Below, piece by piece: positions 26,938 through 36,530 of a stretch of 42,760 nucleotides of DNA (the stretch's first letter is position 1; every line of letters starts with the position of its first letter). Source of the stretch: an uncultured Lentisphaerota bacterium (GTDB taxonomy: Bacteria > Verrucomicrobiota > Lentisphaeria > Oligosphaerales > CAJXKU01). The notes beneath the pieces were generated by a model that ran no database searches, was not told where the DNA came from, and saw only the letters and a program-made list of their open reading frames with translations. The position numbers and the translations under genes are program-made. The stretch covers positions 1 to 42,760 of the forward strand of contig CAJXKU010000001.1 in assembly GCA_913055945.1 (NCBI GenBank), read 5' to 3'.

Positions 26938-27738
26938 TCATTGCCTTTGGTTTTGTTTGAATGACCGCGGGGAAACTCCGTTATAGCGTCGGAAAACACG
27001 CGAGAAATAGAGCGGATCGTAATAACCTGTTCGACGAGCAACTTCAGCCGTTGAACATCGAGTGAATGTCAAAAGATCCTCAGCGCGCGCCATCTTCTTC
27101 CTTTCATGCAGTTTCTGGACCGATGCGCCGAACCATCGCTTCGCCTTACGGCATAGGGTGGTTTTCGATACGCCGAAATATTCTCCAATACGTGCAAGGT
27201 CAGTGGGTTCGGCGATATGGGCATCAAGATATTCGTCAAGCGTATGGGCGGAGAGACCGGATTCCTGGGGTGCCTGAACGCTGCCCGTCAACGTAACCAG
27301 CGCCTGGACGAGATACGCTTCCCGCCACCCCATCTCATCCGGGAGATCACGAGAAGAAAACTGCCCCATTTGTTTTAGGTAATGGCTGACGTCATATGCG
27401 AAATTATGCGGGAAAAAACAGTCCGCCTGCCGCTTCAGAATATCAGCAGCCATCGATACGGCGTAGTGGCCGTTGAATCGACAATAATAGTGCGTATACG
27501 GACAGGCGGTATCGGAGGCAAGTATACCGGCGTCGCCGGGTGTTACGAGCCCGATCATTCCCCCGGTAACGCTGCGCTTGCCTTCGCTGTTCTCGTAATA
27601 TCCCTGGCCGCTGAGAAATACAGTAAGCATCACGTCTCCACCTTTCGTGCCCGGGGTGGAATGGTACGGGGAGTTGCTGATGAGCCCCGACGTACGAACT
27701 CGGAAGGGAGGCGCTGAAACATTCTGATCATCGTTCAT
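26938..27738 (-). CDS. AraC-family transcriptional regulator (cupin-like sensor + AraC HTH)
   Basis: C-terminal AraC HTH signature (LARIGEYFGVSKTTLCRKAKRWFG ... TAEVARRTGYYDPLYFSRVFRRYNGVSPRSF). I chose the start at ATG 27738 (MNDDQN). It is divergent from the GH4 gene, with a 138-bp shared intergenic region. Confidence 0.8.
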   Translation of the reverse strand: MNDDQNVSAPPFRVRTSGLISNSPYHSTPGTKGGDVMLTVFLSGQGYYENSEGKRSVTGGMIGLVTPGDAGILASDTACPYTHYYCRFNGHYAVSMAADILKRQADCFFPHNFAYDVSHYLKQMGQFSSRDLPDEMGWREAYLVQALVTLTGSVQAPQESGLSAHTLDEYLDAHIAEPTDLARIGEYFGVSKTTLCRKAKRWFGASVQKLHERKKMARAEDLLTFTRCSTAEVARRTGYYDPLYFSRVFRRYNGVSPRSFKQNQRQ

Positions 27739-27876
27739 TTCATCCGTCCTGCAAATATTCTCTATGTCATTGCAAATATTGTCGCGTTTGAAGGCTGTTT
27801 CATGAAAATATAATAAATACTGTGAGCAGGACAGTTCGATTGAACAAAAATACGATGAATCAAGGAGGAACAAGCT

Positions 27877-29274
27877 GTGCAATCACCAAAAATTGTTGTC
27901 ATCGGCGCGGGGAGTCACTTTTTTGGTCGACCTGTGATATGGAATATGGTCAACAGCGAAATTCTGAAAGGAGGCACTCTTGCGCTTGTTGATACTGATC
28001 CGGACACGCTGAATACGCTCATGGATCTCGCGCGGAAAGCAGTTGATGCGGCGGGTACTCCTACTGTTGTGACAGGCTCTACGGACCGTCGCGAAGTATT
28101 GCAGGACGCCGATTTCGTTGTACTGACATTCAGTGAGCATAATACCCACTACAGATGTATGGATGCGGAAGTATCCTTTAAGCATGGCGTCCGAATGTGT
28201 TCCGCCGATACCATCGGTCCCGGCGGCATTTTCCGTTCTCTTCGGGAAATTCCCCGTGCGCTGGAAATGGCGGAAGACATTAGAGAACTCGCGCCGGATG
28301 CATGGACGATAAACTTCGTCAACCCCACAGCCGTACTCGGTATTGCGCTAAGGCGCTACGCACCTGAGATCCGTTCGTTCGCTATTTGTGATTCTCATCA
28401 TGAACCGTATTATCGGCTGAAAACCCTGAAAAAGCTCGGCATTCTTCCGGAAGACGCCACGGAGATTCCCACAGAGATCGAGCGCAAGCTGGACCTGCAC
28501 GTGATGGGCGTCAATCATTTTACATGGATAACGAAACTCAACTACGACGGAAAGGACTATCTCCCCGAATGGTATCAGAAATTGTTGCAGGAGGCAGAAG
28601 AATCGCTGCAATCGAAAGAAATCGGCGGACCGGATATTGCCCCGGATTCGAAAGGTAAATTCAATCCGGTATATGCGCAGCAACTAATGGAAATGTTTGG
28701 CGCCTATCCGGACATAATCAGCCACACGAAGGAGTACGTACCGTTTTTCCAGGGGTGCGGAACGGAAGATATTTACCCTGAACCGATCAGGGTGTTTGAC
28801 GGCCATCACCGAGCGCAGCTTATGGCTGAGAAGTGGAACGAAACCCAGCAGTTCGCCCGTGGTGAGAAATCGATCGGGGAATTCCTCAGCTCTGGTCAGC
28901 CTGATCACGCAACGGATATCATCGAAGCTGTGTGGGGTAATCTGCGCAAACCTTTTTACATCAATACGCTTAACAGCGGGGCCGTTCCGAACATGGCTGA
29001 TGATGCGTTTCTGGAACTGCGCTGCGATGTGGATATCAATGGCCCGCGGCCCCAGCCTTTAGACCCCATGCCGCGTGGGCTTCTGGGATTGCAGCAAAAC
29101 GTACTGGATACGCATGAGCTTACGGCAGAAGCTGCGGTCAGCTGTGATCGCCATACGCTCCTGCGCGCGATGATGACTGACCCCATTATCCATAATTATG
29201 AAGATGCTAAGAATATTATGAACGAATTGCTCGAACGACAGAGCGACATCCTGCCGACTGAGTGGTACGAGTGA
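27877..29274 (+). CDS. Glycoside hydrolase family 4 (NAD+/Mn2+-dependent alpha-glucosidase/alpha-galactosidase-like)
   Basis: N-terminal Rossmann KIVVIGAGSHFFG, APDAWTINFVNPTAVL and the Cys/His metal site FAICDSHHEP, followed by VNHFTWI. The GTG start is 8 nt after AGGAGG. Confidence 0.85.
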   Translation: MQSPKIVVIGAGSHFFGRPVIWNMVNSEILKGGTLALVDTDPDTLNTLMDLARKAVDAAGTPTVVTGSTDRREVLQDADFVVLTFSEHNTHYRCMDAEVSFKHGVRMCSADTIGPGGIFRSLREIPRALEMAEDIRELAPDAWTINFVNPTAVLGIALRRYAPEIRSFAICDSHHEPYYRLKTLKKLGILPEDATEIPTEIERKLDLHVMGVNHFTWITKLNYDGKDYLPEWYQKLLQEAEESLQSKEIGGPDIAPDSKGKFNPVYAQQLMEMFGAYPDIISHTKEYVPFFQGCGTEDIYPEPIRVFDGHHRAQLMAEKWNETQQFARGEKSIGEFLSSGQPDHATDIIEAVWGNLRKPFYINTLNSGAVPNMADDAFLELRCDVDINGPRPQPLDPMPRGLLGLQQNVLDTHELTAEAAVSCDRHTLLRAMMTDPIIHNYEDAKNIMNELLERQSDILPTEWYE

Positions 29275-29420
29275 ACCATGTCAGCATATGGGGTTTTGGC
29301 GGATTTCTGAAAGAGTGCTTCCTGAGCGCATTCTGCATGGGTACATGCTATCTTATCCGTTTCAACAGGAATCGCCTACACAACCGGTAAACCGCAATTC
29401 ACAACTCGACCTGTTCCTGA

Positions 29421-30200
29421 ATGGATACCGAAATTCGTATATTAGGAAGCGGAACAAGCACCGGCATCCCTATGCTCGGCTGCCACTGCGGAACGTGTAC
29501 CTCGAGCGACGCCAGGGATCAGAGAGACCGTTCGAGTATTATGCTTACTGCCGGGGGCAGACATGTTGTCGTGGATACGACACCGGAATTTCGTTACCAG
29601 ATGCTGCGTGCTCAGGTTGACGATATTGAGGCCGTGCTGTTAACGCATCATCACGCTGACCATATTCACGGACTCGATGATCTGCGGCAGTTTACCTTAA
29701 AATCGGGACGTACCATCCCGGTGTACGGGCCGCCGGAATCAATGTCGTGGGTGAAAGAGCACTTCAGTTATATCTGGAACGCACCGCAGGTAGGCGGGGG
29801 GCTGCCGAAAGTGGAAATGGCTGCCATTGAAGGTTGTTTCAGCGTGGCAGGTATACGACTACGTCCCATCCCTGTTAAGCATGGGGTCATGAATATGTAT
29901 GGCTATCGTACAGGAAACTTTGCGTATATCAGTGATGTCTCTGAAATACCTCCGGCGTCCTGGGACTTGCTGACGGGGCTGGATGTCCTGGTGATTGACG
30001 CAGTGCGACGTAAGCCGCATAAGACGCACTTTTGTGTTGATGCGGCCGTGGAGACCGCCAGGAAACTCGAAGTAAAACAGACGTATCTTACACATCTGAG
30101 TCATCATTTACGGCATGAGGACTTAGTGGCGGAGTTGCCGGACGGCATCGAACCGGCTTATGACGGACTGAGCTTCAGGATACAGGCTGATTGCGCATGA
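29421..30200 (+). CDS. MBL-fold metallo-hydrolase, PhnP-like
   Basis: ILGSGTSTGIP, a CxCxxC cluster (GCHCGTC) as in PhnP-type phosphodiesterases, the HxHxDH motif (THHHADHIHG) and a downstream VKHG. Confidence 0.7.
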   Translation: MDTEIRILGSGTSTGIPMLGCHCGTCTSSDARDQRDRSSIMLTAGGRHVVVDTTPEFRYQMLRAQVDDIEAVLLTHHHADHIHGLDDLRQFTLKSGRTIPVYGPPESMSWVKEHFSYIWNAPQVGGGLPKVEMAAIEGCFSVAGIRLRPIPVKHGVMNMYGYRTGNFAYISDVSEIPPASWDLLTGLDVLVIDAVRRKPHKTHFCVDAAVETARKLEVKQTYLTHLSHHLRHEDLVAELPDGIEPAYDGLSFRIQADCA

Positions 30201-31033
30201 GTACAGGAGGGAAAAGACAGGTTGTCGCGCAGCTCAACGAGCTCGGCATTCGGCCCAGCAAAAAGTTGGGCCAGAGTTTTCTCATTGACCCCAATCTCAT
30301 AGAGAAAATGGTTCGAACGGCCGGGGCAGGCGGTTGGTATCCGATCGTGGAGATTGGGCCGGGGCTCGGAGACTTAAGCTGTGCGCTTCTTAACACGGGG
30401 GCGGAAGTTACCGGTGTGGAACTGGATAGAAGGCTTTGTGAGTACTTGCGGGAAATTTCTGAACGAGAGCCCCGCTTCCATCTGATTGAGGGAGATGCGT
30501 GTCGGGTTGATTACGACCGGATAATGGGTGAACAGCTCTATCGGACGGTCAGCAGCCTGCCGTATTCGGCCAGTACACCGATCATCGGACGCTTTCTTGA
30601 AATCCGTAACTGTCCTGAGCAGATGGTGGTGCTGCTGCAGCGTGAAGTGGGAGAAAGATTGTGTGCCTCCCCGAAGGACAACAAGACGTACGGAAGTCTG
30701 AGTGTACGCGCTCAGCATGCGTACCACGTACAGATTGAGAGCTATGCTCCTCCGGACGTCTTTTATCCTTCTCCGCAGGTGCATTCTGCGTTGGTGCGAA
30801 TGACCGCAAAGAGCCCGTTTCCCTCGCAGGAAGAGCGTCTCGCACTTCGAAAAGTATGTGAAGTCGGATTCCGTCACCGTCGGAAAAAATTGCGAAGTGC
30901 GTTAATTCAGGAATATGGAGAACGTCGCACAACGGACGTTTTTACGCGACTGAATCTGGCCGAGGACCTTCGGCCAGAGGCTTTGACGCCCGACACGTTC
31001 CGGGCATTGGCACTGGCGTTACATGAAGACTGA
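30197..31033 (+). CDS. rsmA: 16S rRNA (adenine1518/1519-N6)-dimethyltransferase
   Basis: LGQSFLIDPN, the SAM motif VEIGPGLGDLS and SSLPYSASTPI. The ATG at 30197 overlaps the upstream stop as ATGA. Confidence 0.9.
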   Translation: MSTGGKRQVVAQLNELGIRPSKKLGQSFLIDPNLIEKMVRTAGAGGWYPIVEIGPGLGDLSCALLNTGAEVTGVELDRRLCEYLREISEREPRFHLIEGDACRVDYDRIMGEQLYRTVSSLPYSASTPIIGRFLEIRNCPEQMVVLLQREVGERLCASPKDNKTYGSLSVRAQHAYHVQIESYAPPDVFYPSPQVHSALVRMTAKSPFPSQEERLALRKVCEVGFRHRRKKLRSALIQEYGERRTTDVFTRLNLAEDLRPEALTPDTFRALALALHED

Positions 31034-31088
31034 AGGTCGGGGTTTGCACATTTTGACGCTGAATGAAACTGTTGAAGGAGGAACGACG

Positions 31089-31721
31089 ATGCCCAGTAGA
31101 CCTGAAGAAACCGCAGCGGCCGCCGCACCTGTACTTGCTCTTGACATCGGGAATGTATGTGTGCAACTTGACAGTACGGAGTGTGCGCGGCGTTTGGGGT
31201 ACAGTTCACTTGATGAACTGATCGGTGTTATGCCCGTGGTGCGTACTTATGCCCGCTCCCTGGAAACGGGATATCTTGCGGACGCCGTGTTCTTTTCGCT
31301 GCTCGCGCGAACCCTCCCCGAGGCGTGGTCAGCGGCTGAAGTTATCCCGTGGTGGTGCAGTATTATACAAGCGGAGATACCGGGTATGGCAGAGGTTGTG
31401 GATGCAGCCGTGGCTCGGGGGCTGAAACCCGCCTTTTTCTCGGATATATCCGTCACTCATTTGGCGTACACCCGCGGATTGCTTTCCTTTGAATCTAGGG
31501 TGCCGGATGCGGTGTGCAGTTTCGAGGTAGGTGCCTCTAAGCCGGATCCTCGAATGTACGCCGCCTTCGAAGAACAACTATGTGGCGGAAGCACGCCTGC
31601 TCTGTTCGTGGACGACAAACCGGAAAATGTACAGCAGGCGCAGAAGCGAGGTTGGCCCGCTGTCGTTTTCACTTCGCCGGAGGCGCTGATGGAAGAGGTG
31701 AAAAACGCTGGCTCACGCTAG
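31089..31721 (+). CDS. HAD-superfamily hydrolase (YihX-like, DxGNV motif I)
   Basis: Motif I LALDIGNVCV (compare E. coli YihX FDLGNV, from memory), motif II FFSDIS, motif III GASKPDPRMY and motif IV FVDDKPENV. The ATG at 31089 has AGGAGG 6 nt upstream. An alternative ATG is at 31023. Confidence 0.65.
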   Translation: MPSRPEETAAAAAPVLALDIGNVCVQLDSTECARRLGYSSLDELIGVMPVVRTYARSLETGYLADAVFFSLLARTLPEAWSAAEVIPWWCSIIQAEIPGMAEVVDAAVARGLKPAFFSDISVTHLAYTRGLLSFESRVPDAVCSFEVGASKPDPRMYAAFEEQLCGGSTPALFVDDKPENVQQAQKRGWPAVVFTSPEALMEEVKNAGSR

Positions 31722-31796
31722 ATTTTGCAGTTCATTTTGTGGTGGCAGAGGCAGCGGGTTTGTGAGGGACACGGGGACCGACTGTCCGTATGAGAG

Positions 31797-31840
31797 AACT
31801 GCGTTCAGCCTGTCAAACTGCGTTCAGGAATTGCATTCAG
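31797..31840. repeat. Short direct repeats in a convergent intergenic region
   Basis: AACTGCGTTCAG at 31797-31808 and again at 31816-31827, followed by the degenerate copy TTGCATTCAG at 31831-31840. Confidence 0.4.
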
Positions 31841-32060
31841 CATGTCTGCCGAACCTCATACCGGCGCGGCCACCAACGAAAGCGTAGGATGTACCCAATA
31901 AGAAACTAAGCGCGGTATTGACGGTAAATAATCGCCCCACGCAGTGGTCTCATACCGGGGTGTCAGCGTGACTTGGCCCCCGGCGTGTTGGCTGGTATGG
32001 CGCTCTGCGGGGCATTGTCGGTGTCACCTCAGCGCTGAGATGCGCCATGCGCGTCCTGGA

Positions 32061-34640
32061 TCACTCCTCGATCAGTTCGTAGACGTTGACCGACTCCGGC
32101 TTGAACGCGGTATTCTCTGACTGTCCGTAGCTACGTGGTGAAGGATCGTCGGAAGTGAGTTCGCGCACCTTCTGCCCCTCGGCCCACGGGATGGGGGCTT
32201 TTACCGCCTTTTCCTCAGAGAAGTTCGTCACGGCAACGAACTCGCGGCCATCGGCGGTGCCGTGGCGTACCTCCAGTTTCGGGACGGGAAGGTAGGCGGG
32301 AGCATTGCCGGTCACCCGGCCCCACCAGTAAAAAGGCGCTTGGTGGACGGTGGTGTAGGGCGCATCGAGCCCTTCAGCCGGGTCGATCGCCTGATCGAGC
32401 TGCTGCCAGTTCGGGATTTCCGTTGCCCTACGCCGTAATTCTGCGAGTTGATCCGCAGGTAGCTTTTCGCCGTATTCGTTCGTTTCAGGTACGCCGCCCA
32501 CCGCTATAACGTCGCGAGTGGCCGGCAGTTCATTGATCCGCTTGAGCGTGTCGGCCGTGAGCCAGGGTGCCGCCACAATCAGCGTGTCCGTAACGTGTTC
32601 AGCGGAAACGTCCTCGTTCAATACGTATTTCCAGGGTTTGCCCAGTGCGCCGACGTATCCGTAGGCCTGGATGGCTCCACCGATTTCGGGCCGGACATCG
32701 CTTCGCGGGATCTGGTTCCAGCCTCGGTTGCCTTCAGTGATCATAACGGCGATACCGGCGTCCACGCGAGCTTCATACAAGGCGCGGAAGGCGTCTTCGT
32801 GCGTGCGGAGCCAGTGGCGGGCTTTTGTCGCGGTTGCCTTATGGTATTCGCGCGTGCCCTCTCTGCCCATCGGCGCCTCCTCTGTCTTGACCGTTGTGGT
32901 TTCCCGGCTGTAGGAAGTGCTTTTGAAGAGGCCCTGCAGGAAGGTGTGCAAGAGGTGAAACTGGACTTCCGATGGCGTCGAGCTGCCGTGGTTGTAAAGA
33001 TGGTGCTCGCTGTTCCAGACCGGCTTGCTTTGCGCGATCTGCTGGCTATCGACCATGAGCTGACTGAAGCTGGGCGGTACTTTGCAGACCGGGTGGTCGA
33101 AGCTCGCCCCGTTGAATTCGGGGACCTCGCGAAAGAGATAGGGGTTGGCGCGGGTCTTGGTGGTGTAGATGACCCCCGGAACCTGCTCACCTTCCCGCGG
33201 GGTGAGCAGTGGCTGGAGGTCCTTTGCACGGTTCTTGAAATCGGTTTTCCACATGGTTTCGTGACCTTTTTGCGGCTCTTCGAGTGCCTTGTATCGGCGA
33301 CCCCAGACGGTGCGGATGAAGCGCTTGAAGTCGAGCAAGGCGGGGAACTTCGCGTAGGCGTGGTAGCGGAGCGGTTCGTGAAACAGCGTGTACAGAAAGC
33401 TCAACCGTTCGTTGCCGCCGAGGAGGTTGTACTCGAATCCCGACTCTTTCATCATCCGCTCGACCCAGTCAAGCGGAAGTTCGGGCAACCCGATGCTGTC
33501 GATCGAGGTGTAGGAGGTGTCCCAGCGTTCATTGATCGTCTCAACGTCGCCGTGTTTCTCCCTGAGCCAGTCCCGGAATTGCTCGATGGCGATCTGAAGT
33601 TCTTCCTTCGCCTCCTTATCAACCTCTCCGAGGCCATCAATGTGTGGTTGCCCTTCCACTTCCTCGAGTTGCGCCTGCGGCAGGGCGTAGTAGCTTTTAT
33701 AAAGGGGGATGAGAATGCGGGGCGGGTGGTCTTCGTTCTCGGCGTACATCCCTCGGGCCGCCGGATAGTTGCGCGCTTTCCGGAATGTGGCGATGAGAGG
33801 ATGTTCATCGAGATCCAGGTCCGGCGTGTTGCGACCTGCATAGTCTTCCCGGGAACCGAGAGGGGGCAACTGCCCCATCACGATGCCGCGTTCCTCGCAG
33901 AAACGAAGGAATGGTTCCGTGGAATAAGTGCCCATCGCGAGGTTGTAGCCCTCCATCCATATTTTTTTGATTTCGCCGAGGGCGGTACTCGAGTAACGCC
34001 TGTTGCCCATGTGCGTGGTGCCGGTCCACAGCTGGGGAAACGGGCCTTTCCAGGGTGGGCGTTGATTGTGGTAATCCGAGGGCTGAAATTCGGTGACGTC
34101 GGCGTCCGGCGGGTGGAAGAGAAAGAGATCGTGGCGATGCGACTCATCCTCGGGATTGGCTGCGAGAAACTCCCCTCCGGGCCCCTCCATGTAATCCAGA
34201 AATGCCTTGACGGCGGGGGAAGGCTTCTCGGCATGGTGGAGGACACCGTACTCGATAGCGCCGACAGGTTCGCCACCCCGCGTTGCTTCCTGCAGCGCCA
34301 GAGGCACGTACTTAAGCTTCTGCCGGTCTTCCTCGGTCGCCCGATAGTTCCAGTCCACTTTTGTGGTCAACAGCAAGTCGGCACCTTTGCCGGCATCCGG
34401 ATCTTTGACTCTGTGCATCAGCGAGGGCCAATCGCGCCAGGCGGCATTCGGCTGAAAGGTTCGTGCATCGTGGCCGGTTTCGTTCGAATACGCTTCCAGG
34501 AGCTCATTCATCAAGCGGTGTTGTTGGGCTTTCGGGGCAATCACAACCAGTTCGTCCACCTCGGCGCCATGGGCGCCGGATAAACCGATTGTGGTCGTCA
34601 GTACTGCCGCGGTGCAAAAGCTGAGAATCGTCCGATACAT
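32061..34640 (-). CDS. Secreted GH42-like (clan GH-A) multidomain protein, paralog 1 (SBP-like module + TIM barrel + trimerisation-like domain)
   Basis: The ATG at 34640 follows AAGGAG, with signal peptide MYRTILSFCTAAVLTTTIGLSGAHGA. A ModA-like solute-binding pattern is present (ELVVIAP..LMNELLEAYSNETG..GADLLLTTKVDW..YVPLA..IEYGVL..AVKAFLDYMEGPGG). TIM-barrel motifs: GMYAENED and PVWNSEHH. The C-terminal block WKYVLNEDVSAEHV..LIVAAPWLT..VIAVGGVPETNEYGEKLP is shared with the two downstream paralogs. Confidence 0.7.
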   Translation of the reverse strand: MYRTILSFCTAAVLTTTIGLSGAHGAEVDELVVIAPKAQQHRLMNELLEAYSNETGHDARTFQPNAAWRDWPSLMHRVKDPDAGKGADLLLTTKVDWNYRATEEDRQKLKYVPLALQEATRGGEPVGAIEYGVLHHAEKPSPAVKAFLDYMEGPGGEFLAANPEDESHRHDLFLFHPPDADVTEFQPSDYHNQRPPWKGPFPQLWTGTTHMGNRRYSSTALGEIKKIWMEGYNLAMGTYSTEPFLRFCEERGIVMGQLPPLGSREDYAGRNTPDLDLDEHPLIATFRKARNYPAARGMYAENEDHPPRILIPLYKSYYALPQAQLEEVEGQPHIDGLGEVDKEAKEELQIAIEQFRDWLREKHGDVETINERWDTSYTSIDSIGLPELPLDWVERMMKESGFEYNLLGGNERLSFLYTLFHEPLRYHAYAKFPALLDFKRFIRTVWGRRYKALEEPQKGHETMWKTDFKNRAKDLQPLLTPREGEQVPGVIYTTKTRANPYLFREVPEFNGASFDHPVCKVPPSFSQLMVDSQQIAQSKPVWNSEHHLYNHGSSTPSEVQFHLLHTFLQGLFKSTSYSRETTTVKTEEAPMGREGTREYHKATATKARHWLRTHEDAFRALYEARVDAGIAVMITEGNRGWNQIPRSDVRPEIGGAIQAYGYVGALGKPWKYVLNEDVSAEHVTDTLIVAAPWLTADTLKRINELPATRDVIAVGGVPETNEYGEKLPADQLAELRRRATEIPNWQQLDQAIDPAEGLDAPYTTVHQAPFYWWGRVTGNAPAYLPVPKLEVRHGTADGREFVAVTNFSEEKAVKAPIPWAEGQKVRELTSDDPSPRSYGQSENTAFKPESVNVYELIEE

Positions 34641-34708
34641 CACACTTTCTCCTTTTCTGATAATTGACAGATTCAAAAAAATCCTGTCGAAACCATTTCA
34701 GCACCAAT

Positions 34709-34738
34709 GTAATAGGACAGCATTTATATGCAAGTCAA
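34709..34738 (-). promoter_or_regulatory. Candidate sigma70-type promoter for paralog 1
   Basis: On the minus strand: TTGACT (34733-34738), an 18-nt spacer, then TATTAC (34709-34714), about 70 nt upstream of ATG 34640. This is pattern match only, and promoter rules in this lineage are unknown. Confidence 0.25.
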
Positions 34739-34782
34739 TCACGAACTCTTATTATCCGAGCGGGTGTGGCAAAGACCAGTTC

Positions 34783-34804
34783 AGACATGTCGCAGCACAT
34801 GTCT
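34783..34804. promoter_or_regulatory. Perfect 8-bp inverted repeat (candidate operator) in a divergent intergenic region
   Basis: AGACATGT (34783-34790), spacer cgcagc, ACATGTCT (34797-34804). It lies between the divergently transcribed paralog 1 and the Gfo/Idh/MocA gene. Confidence 0.35.
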
Positions 34805-35177
34805 ACGAAGCAGCGTTATTCATCGGGGGAAAAGGGTATAGCCGTTGTTAAAATGCCGTGGCGGTTCAAGTGCTACGCACAAAGACATGAACGTTCCCAA
34901 CAGAATCCGTCGAGATATTATATTGTGCACAGCCACCACCGGAGTATAGGGTGGGGAGGCGGTTTAAATGAAGTAGGATCGCAGTGGACGTAGTTGATAC
35001 GAAAAGTGCATTTACGGGCAATTCCTCCCCCCGACCTTCAATGGATAGAGGAAGGGTCCCCGGCTTTTTCTCGGTGGGCTGAGGGAGGAGACGATTGCCG
35101 TATCAGCGGGCGAATATGGTACAAGGTTCGCCTATTATAATACAGACGAAACAGCCTATGAGAAAGGGAAGGCAAAA

Positions 35178-36530
35178 ATGCAGCAGCCGAAAAGATATTC
35201 TATTGTCGGAGTTGGTGGTCGCAGCGGTATGTGGCGCGACGCCGCGGCTTTCGAATTCAGCTCTACCAGTACCTTAGTGGGCATCTGTGACTCTAACGCC
35301 GGTCGTGTTCGACGTGCACAGGAAGAACTCTCCGAAAACGAAAACCTGGACGTACCAGGATATGCTGCGGAAGATTTCGATAAGATGGTCGAGGAAACAA
35401 AGCCGAATGTTATCATCGTAACAACACCGGACCACCTTCATGATTACTATATATGCCGCTCTCTTGAATTAGACTGTGATGTGGTTACGGAAAAACCTAT
35501 GACCACGGATGAAGATAAGTGTCAGCGGATACTCGATGCAAAGCAGCGCACTGGGCGGAATATAACCGTGTCGTTTAATTACCGGTTTGCGCCGCCGCGG
35601 ACCCAAGTGAAAGACCTGCTTATGTCCGGTGTGATCGGCGACGTGCACTCTGTTGATTTCCATTGGAACCTTGATGTACACCACGGTGCTGATTATTTCC
35701 GCCGCTGGCATCGACGCAAAGAGAACTCCGGCGGGCTGCTCGTACATAAGGCGACGCATCACTTTGATCTGGTGAATTGGTGGTTGTCCTCTGTGCCGAC
35801 AAAGGTCTATGCTACGGGGCACAGGCATTTTTATACCCCTGCCACCGCGGAACGATACGGTTTAAAATCGAGGACGGACCGTTGCCATACGTGTCCGGAA
35901 GCTCCCAACTGTCCTTTTGTTATGGATTTAGAGGGTAATGAGAAACTGAAAAAACTTTACCTGGATAACGAAGGCTATGATGGTTATTTCCGGGATGGTT
36001 GCGTATTCAGTCCGGATATTGACATCGAAGACTCGATGTATGTAACGGCGGACTACAGGAACGGTGTGAAGCTTTCCTATTCACTGAATGCGTTTCTCCC
36101 CTGGGAAGGATACATGGTGGCATTTAATGGCTCCAAAGGGCGGTTAGAGCATCAATGTCAAGAAAGCGTTTACATTAATGCAGACGGTTCTGTGCCCGGC
36201 GCATTGGAAGAAAAAGGGACCTGGCTGCATATTTATCCTCATTGGCAACCTGCCTATGGCGTAGATCTGTGGAGAGGACAAGGGGGGCATGGGGGAGCCG
36301 ACCCGATTATGCTTCGCTACATCTTTGATCCCGACAACCAGCCTGCGGACAAATACATGCGTACGGCGGACGAGCGTGCAGGGGCATGGTCCGTGTTAAC
36401 CGGCGTTGCCGCGAATCACGCTATTGAGAACGGCCGACCTTTCGAAATAGATGAACTCGTGGACGGACTCTCCATGCCTGAGTATCCGCCGATGCCGGGT
36501 GCCGAAGAGCCGTTACCGACGAGAAAATAA
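35178..36530 (+). CDS. Gfo/Idh/MocA-family NAD-binding oxidoreductase (long, GH109-like subgroup)
   Basis: N-terminal Rossmann YSIVGVGGRSGMW, the EKPM motif (VVTEKPM) and YFRRWHRRKENSGGLLVHKATHHFDLVNWW. The C-terminal GGHGGADP resembles the GHGGMD block of GH109 NAD-dependent glycosidases (from memory). No signal peptide is evident. Confidence 0.85.
   Translation: MQQPKRYSIVGVGGRSGMWRDAAAFEFSSTSTLVGICDSNAGRVRRAQEELSENENLDVPGYAAEDFDKMVEETKPNVIIVTTPDHLHDYYICRSLELDCDVVTEKPMTTDEDKCQRILDAKQRTGRNITVSFNYRFAPPRTQVKDLLMSGVIGDVHSVDFHWNLDVHHGADYFRRWHRRKENSGGLLVHKATHHFDLVNWWLSSVPTKVYATGHRHFYTPATAERYGLKSRTDRCHTCPEAPNCPFVMDLEGNEKLKKLYLDNEGYDGYFRDGCVFSPDIDIEDSMYVTADYRNGVKLSYSLNAFLPWEGYMVAFNGSKGRLEHQCQESVYINADGSVPGALEEKGTWLHIYPHWQPAYGVDLWRGQGGHGGADPIMLRYIFDPDNQPADKYMRTADERAGAWSVLTGVAANHAIENGRPFEIDELVDGLSMPEYPPMPGAEEPLPTRK

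Noticed and set aside
32595-34583. 662-aa ORF on the plus strand
   Set aside because: Same situation: it is codon-aligned antisense of the 859-aa minus-strand GH42-like paralog 1, and its sequence is low-information and R/G/V/P-rich.
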